This document shows positions 59,152 through 64,000 of a stretch of DNA of 64,000 nucleotides, in pieces. The notes beneath the pieces are model-generated. The model was not told the origin of the DNA. It searched no databases and saw only the letters and a program-made list of their open reading frames with translations. The stretch is from IMG/VR virus record IMGVR_UViG_2822225849_000004; one strand, written 5' to 3'. The stretch comes from a virus. Numbering within the stretch: the first letter of the stretch is position 1; the number at the start of each line of letters is the position of its first letter. Position numbers and translations under genes: made by a program.

Positions 59152-59799
59152 ATGATAAAATATAAGAGAGTAACGTATAAGAGGGTACCTAGTAAAAAAA
59201 GTAAAATAATCCTAACAGATGTTGAGGAAGACATCATTAAACTCAGAGATAATAAAATCTATGTAACAAAGAAATCAAGAATGATAGCAGAAGCAAGAAT
59301 GAATGATAACCATGTTTTCTCTCAATTCTTAGTTAACTATTATACTTTTGTTGTTTTAGCACTTTCTATTGCGATATTAATTATTGAAGATAAGGATAAA
59401 ACGATTTCTTTATTAACAGTTATTGCTTCAGTTGGCTTATTTGGAGTTTCTTTGTTTCTTTCAAATATGAGTTATAAAGAAAGGGCTTTAAAGTATAAAG
59501 AATCGTATCTGAGTTTAGGTGAGTTAGAATCTAAACTAAGTCTTTTGCTAAGGAAGAATAATTTAAATTCTACTCAAATGATTGATGTGTTTGAGAAATA
59601 TCAGCAAGAATATCATAATATATTATCAAAAACAGATAATCATGACGAAATAGATTATATAAAAGTCAAGATTGATCAAAGTCCCAATCAGGATTTTATC
59701 ATTAAATATTATAAATATTTAATAACAAAGAATTTTTATCGCTTTTTATTTGTAATTTTCCCCATTTTACTCTATATTTTACCGAAACTAGGTGTTTAA
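59152..59799 (+). CDS. SLATT-family (SLATT_5-like) transmembrane effector
   Basis: YVTKKSRMIAEAR-TM-TM-YKERA..Y..L..L...TDNHDEIDY pattern plus a C-terminal TM. Confidence 0.8.
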   Translation: MIKYKRVTYKRVPSKKSKIILTDVEEDIIKLRDNKIYVTKKSRMIAEARMNDNHVFSQFLVNYYTFVVLALSIAILIIEDKDKTISLLTVIASVGLFGVSLFLSNMSYKERALKYKESYLSLGELESKLSLLLRKNNLNSTQMIDVFEKYQQEYHNILSKTDNHDEIDYIKVKIDQSPNQDFIIKYYKYLITKNFYRFLFVIFPILLYILPKLGV

Positions 59800-61168
59800 G
59801 ATGACAGAAAGTGTTCGTTTAGAGGATTTTTTTTCAATAAACTCTTTACATGATACCTTAAAAAAATATATAAAGTTTAATACTGCTATTGGGATTGATA
59901 AAATGACATATCAATCCTTTTTAAATCAAAATGATGAACAAATACGAATAATTAATAAGGGAGTTTTAAATGGCACATATAAATTTACTCCTTATAGAGA
60001 ACATCTAATTATTAAAAGTAGGGATTCTGCACCACGATTAATTTCAATACCAACTATTCGGGATAAGTTAGTATTAAAATCTTTGCACATTGTATTAAAA
60101 GATATTTTTAAAAATATAGAGCAAAAGTTGCCGCAAGCACACATACAAGAAATGAAAAATACATTAAAAGATTATGATTATTTTATAAAATTAGATATCT
60201 CTAATTTTTTTGGGGGTATTAAGCATGGAATTCTTTTTAATGAACTTGCCAAAAAAATAGAGGATGATGTTGTAATAAATTTAATTAAGAAATCTATTAC
60301 AACGTTAACCGTATCAGATGATAATAAAAGAGATGACATAATCACACAAGGTGTTCCACAGGGATTGCCCATTTCGAATATATTGGCTAACATATATATT
60401 AGTGGTTTAGATGAAAAATTGCGTGAAGAAGCCCATATAAAATATATACGTTATGTTGATGATATTTTAATTCTATGCAAAAAAAACGATTTTTCTAAAG
60501 TGTATAGAGAAATTAAGTATGAGATAGAAGGGATTTATAATTTAAATTTAAATGAAAAAAAATATAAACATGGATTAATTAAGGATGGATTTGATTTTTT
60601 AGGTTACAGAATTGAACAAATAAAAGAGAACAGAGTAGGTTTAACTGTCAGAGAAGATAATAAAAGACGGCATGAAGATTCTATAGTTAAGATTTTCACT
60701 AATTACAAATTTAATAAGGACAAGATAAAACCAGAGCAATTCATATTTAAATTAAATAATAAAATAACAGGTTCAATTAGTGAGAAAGTCGAAGGTAATT
60801 CCACAAGAGAATTTAAGTACGGATGGTTATTTTATTATTCTCAAATGGATGATACTGGTTTTCTATACCATTTAGATTGGCTTGTAAAAAAATTATTAAA
60901 GGAATTTCAATTTAACCATATTAATCCTCAAGATATAAAAAGTTATTTTACAACATATTATGAGATAAAATATAATATCAAAAATACTAAGTATATACAT
61001 CGCCCCGATGAGTTAACACACAAAGAACAAAAAGAATTATTAATAAAGGTATTTAATATACATTCATCAAAGTTAAGGGATTCTCAAGAAATTGAAAGAT
61101 TATATTATAAATTTGTTTATAAACCTATTAGGGATTATGAAAAAGATATACAAAAACTGTTGTCTTAA
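59792..61168 (+). CDS. Defence-associated reverse transcriptase (DRT10/UG17-like); likely start ATG 59801
   Basis: AIGID, PRLISIPTIRDKL, KLDISNFF, GVPQGLPISNILANIY, YIRYVDD, FDFLGY; C-terminal YGWLFYYSQMDD; no maturase/HNH or Cas1 domain. Confidence 0.9.
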   Translation: MFKMTESVRLEDFFSINSLHDTLKKYIKFNTAIGIDKMTYQSFLNQNDEQIRIINKGVLNGTYKFTPYREHLIIKSRDSAPRLISIPTIRDKLVLKSLHIVLKDIFKNIEQKLPQAHIQEMKNTLKDYDYFIKLDISNFFGGIKHGILFNELAKKIEDDVVINLIKKSITTLTVSDDNKRDDIITQGVPQGLPISNILANIYISGLDEKLREEAHIKYIRYVDDILILCKKNDFSKVYREIKYEIEGIYNLNLNEKKYKHGLIKDGFDFLGYRIEQIKENRVGLTVREDNKRRHEDSIVKIFTNYKFNKDKIKPEQFIFKLNNKITGSISEKVEGNSTREFKYGWLFYYSQMDDTGFLYHLDWLVKKLLKEFQFNHINPQDIKSYFTTYYEIKYNIKNTKYIHRPDELTHKEQKELLIKVFNIHSSKLRDSQEIERLYYKFVYKPIRDYEKDIQKLLS

Positions 61169-61175
61169 TCACAGT

Positions 61176-61210
61176 AAGAAAGTGTCCAATTACAGGACAC
61201 TTTTTCTTTT
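61176..61210. terminator. Bidirectional terminator between RT and convergent integrase
   Basis: aagaaagtgtcc / ggacactttttctt inverted repeat with T-run. Confidence 0.75.
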
Positions 61211-62228
61211 ACAAATTATTAATTATACTGTGTTTATTATGCTGAATAATAATATCCTTACTTGTCATATTGACACACTTTTTCACCATCTCAATTGATG
61301 AATGACCTAGAATTTTTTGTAACGTCATAATATCACCATTGTTGAGTAAGTAATATTTTGCAAATGTATGTCTAAGGTATGAGGTGACACTCTGACACCT
61401 TTGATTCTTGCACCCTCACCCATATACTTTTAATCGCTGTCTAAATCGTGCAGGGTCAACAGTGTTGCCATAAACAGTTACAAATATATAGGTTGTTTCA
61501 AATTCCTCTATTTCAACAAATAGTTCTCTTAATAGTTTACTTGTCTTTTGAGTAAATGGTACATAACAGGTTTTGCGTTTTTTTGTGTTAGTACCTTTTA
61601 ACTCAATTACATTCGTTTTGAAATCAATGTCCTCTTGTTGAAGATTTAATGCTTCACTAATTCGCATACCTGTATCAGTAAGCAACATCATTAATACATA
61701 ATCTCTAAAACTTGCATATGTTCGTTGGTCTGGTTGTTTAAGTAAGGTTTTCAACTAGTCAATGGACAATGCTTCTATATTATCTTGCGTTCCTTTTAAT
61801 TATTTGATTTTTGTAAATGGATTTGTTTGTACATATTCTTCTTTAACGAGGAAGTTGTAGAATGCTTTCATATGTTTCATGATAGTATTTATATAAGAAA
61901 CTGAAACACCAACGGGTTTATATTTTTCCTTAACGCAATAATTATTTTTATGTTTAACATGGTCATTCTTCAAGTGATGTAAAAATTTTTTAATAGTATT
62001 TGTATCGAGTGAGTTAGTGGTTACGTCTTCATGATGCTCTTCTAAGTATCGCTGAAACACTAGAAAGTAACCGTTCTTATTCTCAAGTGTTCATGTTGCA
62101 AGCCCTTCTGCATCTTTTGCGAACATATTGATGTTAAATAACTCTTGAAATGTATAAGTTTCAATCTTTGTAACTTCAATGCTTGTACGCCCTAACTTTG
62201 CTTTACCTCTTTTACCTGTTCTAGACAA
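61209..62228 (-). pseudogene. Tyrosine integrase, multiply disrupted
   Basis: Fragments KDAEGLA, LLTDTGMRISEAL, then out-of-frame VSPHT.RHTFAK...LQKILGHSSIEMV; in-frame stop near 61755 and several frameshifts. Confidence 0.85.
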
Positions 62229-62395
62229 AATAAAACGCCTCCCTATATCGGTAATTTGGTTTACCGTATAAGAAGACGTGAATGACTTGCAACCTAAAAA
62301 GTAAACGACCGCAACACTAGGGTAACATTTGATGTGCAAAGGATAAAACCTTAACACTTACAAATCCTTGTAGAATAAGGTCTCTTAAACCTGTC

Positions 62396-62468
62396 TGATC
62401 CCGACTGGCCCCGAACCATCGATCTACACCCTGTCAATGTGGCGCTCTCCTAGTTAAATTACGGGGAG
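62396..62468 (-). pseudogene. Degenerate full-length tRNA-Val(GAC)
   Basis: Reverse complement ctccccgtaatttaactaggagagcgccacattgacagggtgtagatcgatggttcggggccagtcgggatca; GAC loop kept but acceptor, D and anticodon stems are mismatched. Confidence 0.8.
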
Positions 62469-62572
62469 TAACTACTGTTCAGTCTTCAAACCTAATCCAC
62501 AAAATCTATTAATCTACACCCAATTACTTCCTTCTTTTCTCCTCATATTCTATAATTAATCTATAAAATTAA

Positions 62573-64000
62573 ATGGGGGTAATTTCCAAAATGAAGCTTC
62601 AAATCGTGACCCAAAAAGCTACTGAATTTGAACCCGATATTTCATTGCTTTCTGAAAAAGAATCAGGACGCCAAGAATTCGTAAAACGTTTCCCGTTAGA
62701 ATCCTTAAGAAATCTAACCGTAGAAGAATATGCCAATACTAAAACAAAAAATTGTTTCAATTACTGGCTCGAGCGAAAAAATATATTAGGCGGCATTGGT
62801 GGAGCCAATTCTGCTAAATTCGGTATTTATCTTGCTAAAATTGGTGAGTACTGTAAAAGTTACGGTAAACAAAAAGTGGTATTAAAAGATGAACAGTTAC
62901 AAGAAGAATTTAGAGCTCTAAAAGAGGGTATTTGTGAAGCGATTCAACTTGCAAAGGAAGGCCGCATTTCTGAAATTGTTACATTAAATTTACCAATTTA
63001 TAATATGGTACTGCTAAAAATTTTAAATATTTATGTTCCAGAGAAGTTTTTTAATATTTATTCACCACCAATATTGATTGAGCTTGGGAAGGAATTACAT
63101 ATAAAAGATGAATTGCTTACTCCTCAGAATGCAATTGAGTTGAATCATGCAGTGTTGCATGCTATTAAGAAAGACGATGTTTTTTAGGTTGGTCTAATGA
63201 AAAAATTTCAAGATTTATTTGGGATACATTTTCCGAACGAGATAAATCGCTTGATAAGAGTTTAAACTATTGGTTAGCTGGCCATACATATGGAAAAGAT
63301 CGTTCCATTCAAGATTTTTTATTGAAAAACAATTGCATAGCGATAGGCTTTTTACATGAGGATTTATCATCTTTTCTAGAAGAAGAAAATATTGAAGATA
63401 TCATAGATGAGAAAGAAGAAACACCAGCAGGACAAAAAGCATTAAAGCAATTTTTAAAAATGAAAGAAGGAGAGCTTGTTGCTTTAAAAACATCTTTTAC
63501 TCGTAAGGTTGATGGGAAGACAAGATCAGTGTTACGAGTTAGTGCTGTTGGAAAAATTACTAAAGATACTATTGATGGTTATGAATTCTCTGAAGAGTAC
63601 GGACATCTACTTCCTGTTGAGTGGATTAATACTGAAGAGAGAGAGTTCATAGGTTACGGAGGATATCGTAGTACATTAAATGAAGTGAAAAATAAGAATG
63701 TAATTAACTTAGTATTTATGCAGGGAAAGGAAATTAGCAATACGCCCCAAGAATCTAGTGAAGTATTAGATACAGATCCAAGAAACTATGTATTTTTTGG
63801 TCTACCTGGAACGGGGAAAACATATCAAATTGTTGAACGTGCTCTTGAATTAATTGATAAAAGAACATATGAGGAACTAAAATCAAATGGACGAGAGGCA
63901 TTGCAACAAGAATTTTCACGTTTAACTAAAGAAGGGAACATTCATCTCGTGACATTCCATCAGTCCTATGGCTATGAAGATTTTATAGAAGGATTGAAAT
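62573..64000 (+). pseudogene. mcrB: McrB-like AAA+ GTPase of a type IV restriction system, frameshifted at T6 63180-63185; runs off the window
   Basis: First frame stops at TAG 63185-87. The frame from 63187 is open to the window end and contains FFGLPGTGKT and VTFHQSYGYEDFIEGL. Confidence 0.8.

Larger units (their letters stand above)
54093..62468. mobile_element. Decayed phage/satellite-like element integrated at a tRNA-Val(GAC) sequence
   Basis: Flanked by a 3' tRNA fragment and a full-length tRNA-like copy; integrase relic next to the tRNA; portal relic inside. Confidence 0.8.

Noticed and set aside
59792-61168. RT as a diversity-generating retroelement acting on the tail genes
   Set aside because: No avd-like gene, and no TR/VR pair: the adhesin repeat 3/4 and holin-repeat differences are not adenine-specific. 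The RT also lies in a separate element.
59002-61168. Classical retron or group II intron
   Set aside because: No VTG motif in region 7, no long msd hairpin, no maturase/endonuclease domain and no intron domain V/VI. The closing stem does resemble a1/a2, so a tree is needed to exclude a retron fully.
62396-62468. Functional tRNA-Val
   Set aside because: Acceptor, D and anticodon stems carry multiple mismatches.

Overview
This is AT-rich Bacillus (cereus-group-like) DNA made entirely of accessory material, in three blocks. (1) 1-~39.6 kb is the right-hand part of a prophage whose left end lies outside the window. It carries replication genes (initiator, DnaC-like loader), ArpU and Xpf-like regulators, a PBSX/skin-like head module, a non-contractile tail module with a -1 frameshift chaperone pair and tape measure, an expanded tail-tip region, and holin plus endolysin. 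The large terminase is broken by a 1-nt insertion. The tail-tip region contains a 1924-aa protein with 11 beta-sandwich repeats and two tandem terminal cassettes, each ending in a near-identical holin copy (the first is inactivated). A 39-codon scar shows that the second cassette came from a related phage. (2) ~39.6-54.1 kb is a defence-type stretch: DUF2691, a nuclease-DUF2075 helicase, gene debris, an HNH-ABC-ATPase fusion, an MmeI-like type IIL R-M enzyme and an orphan TOPRIM protein. (3) 54.1-62.5 kb is a decayed element between a 3' tRNA-Val(GAC) fragment and a degenerate full-length tRNA-Val(GAC), with broken integrase and portal genes. It also holds an unexplained 8-unit ~61-bp dyad array and an intact promoter-ncRNA-SLATT-reverse transcriptase cassette (DRT10/UG17-like). 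The predicted ncRNA has a telomerase-like template. A frameshifted McrB-like gene runs off the right end. All family assignments come from motifs read by eye, not from database searches.
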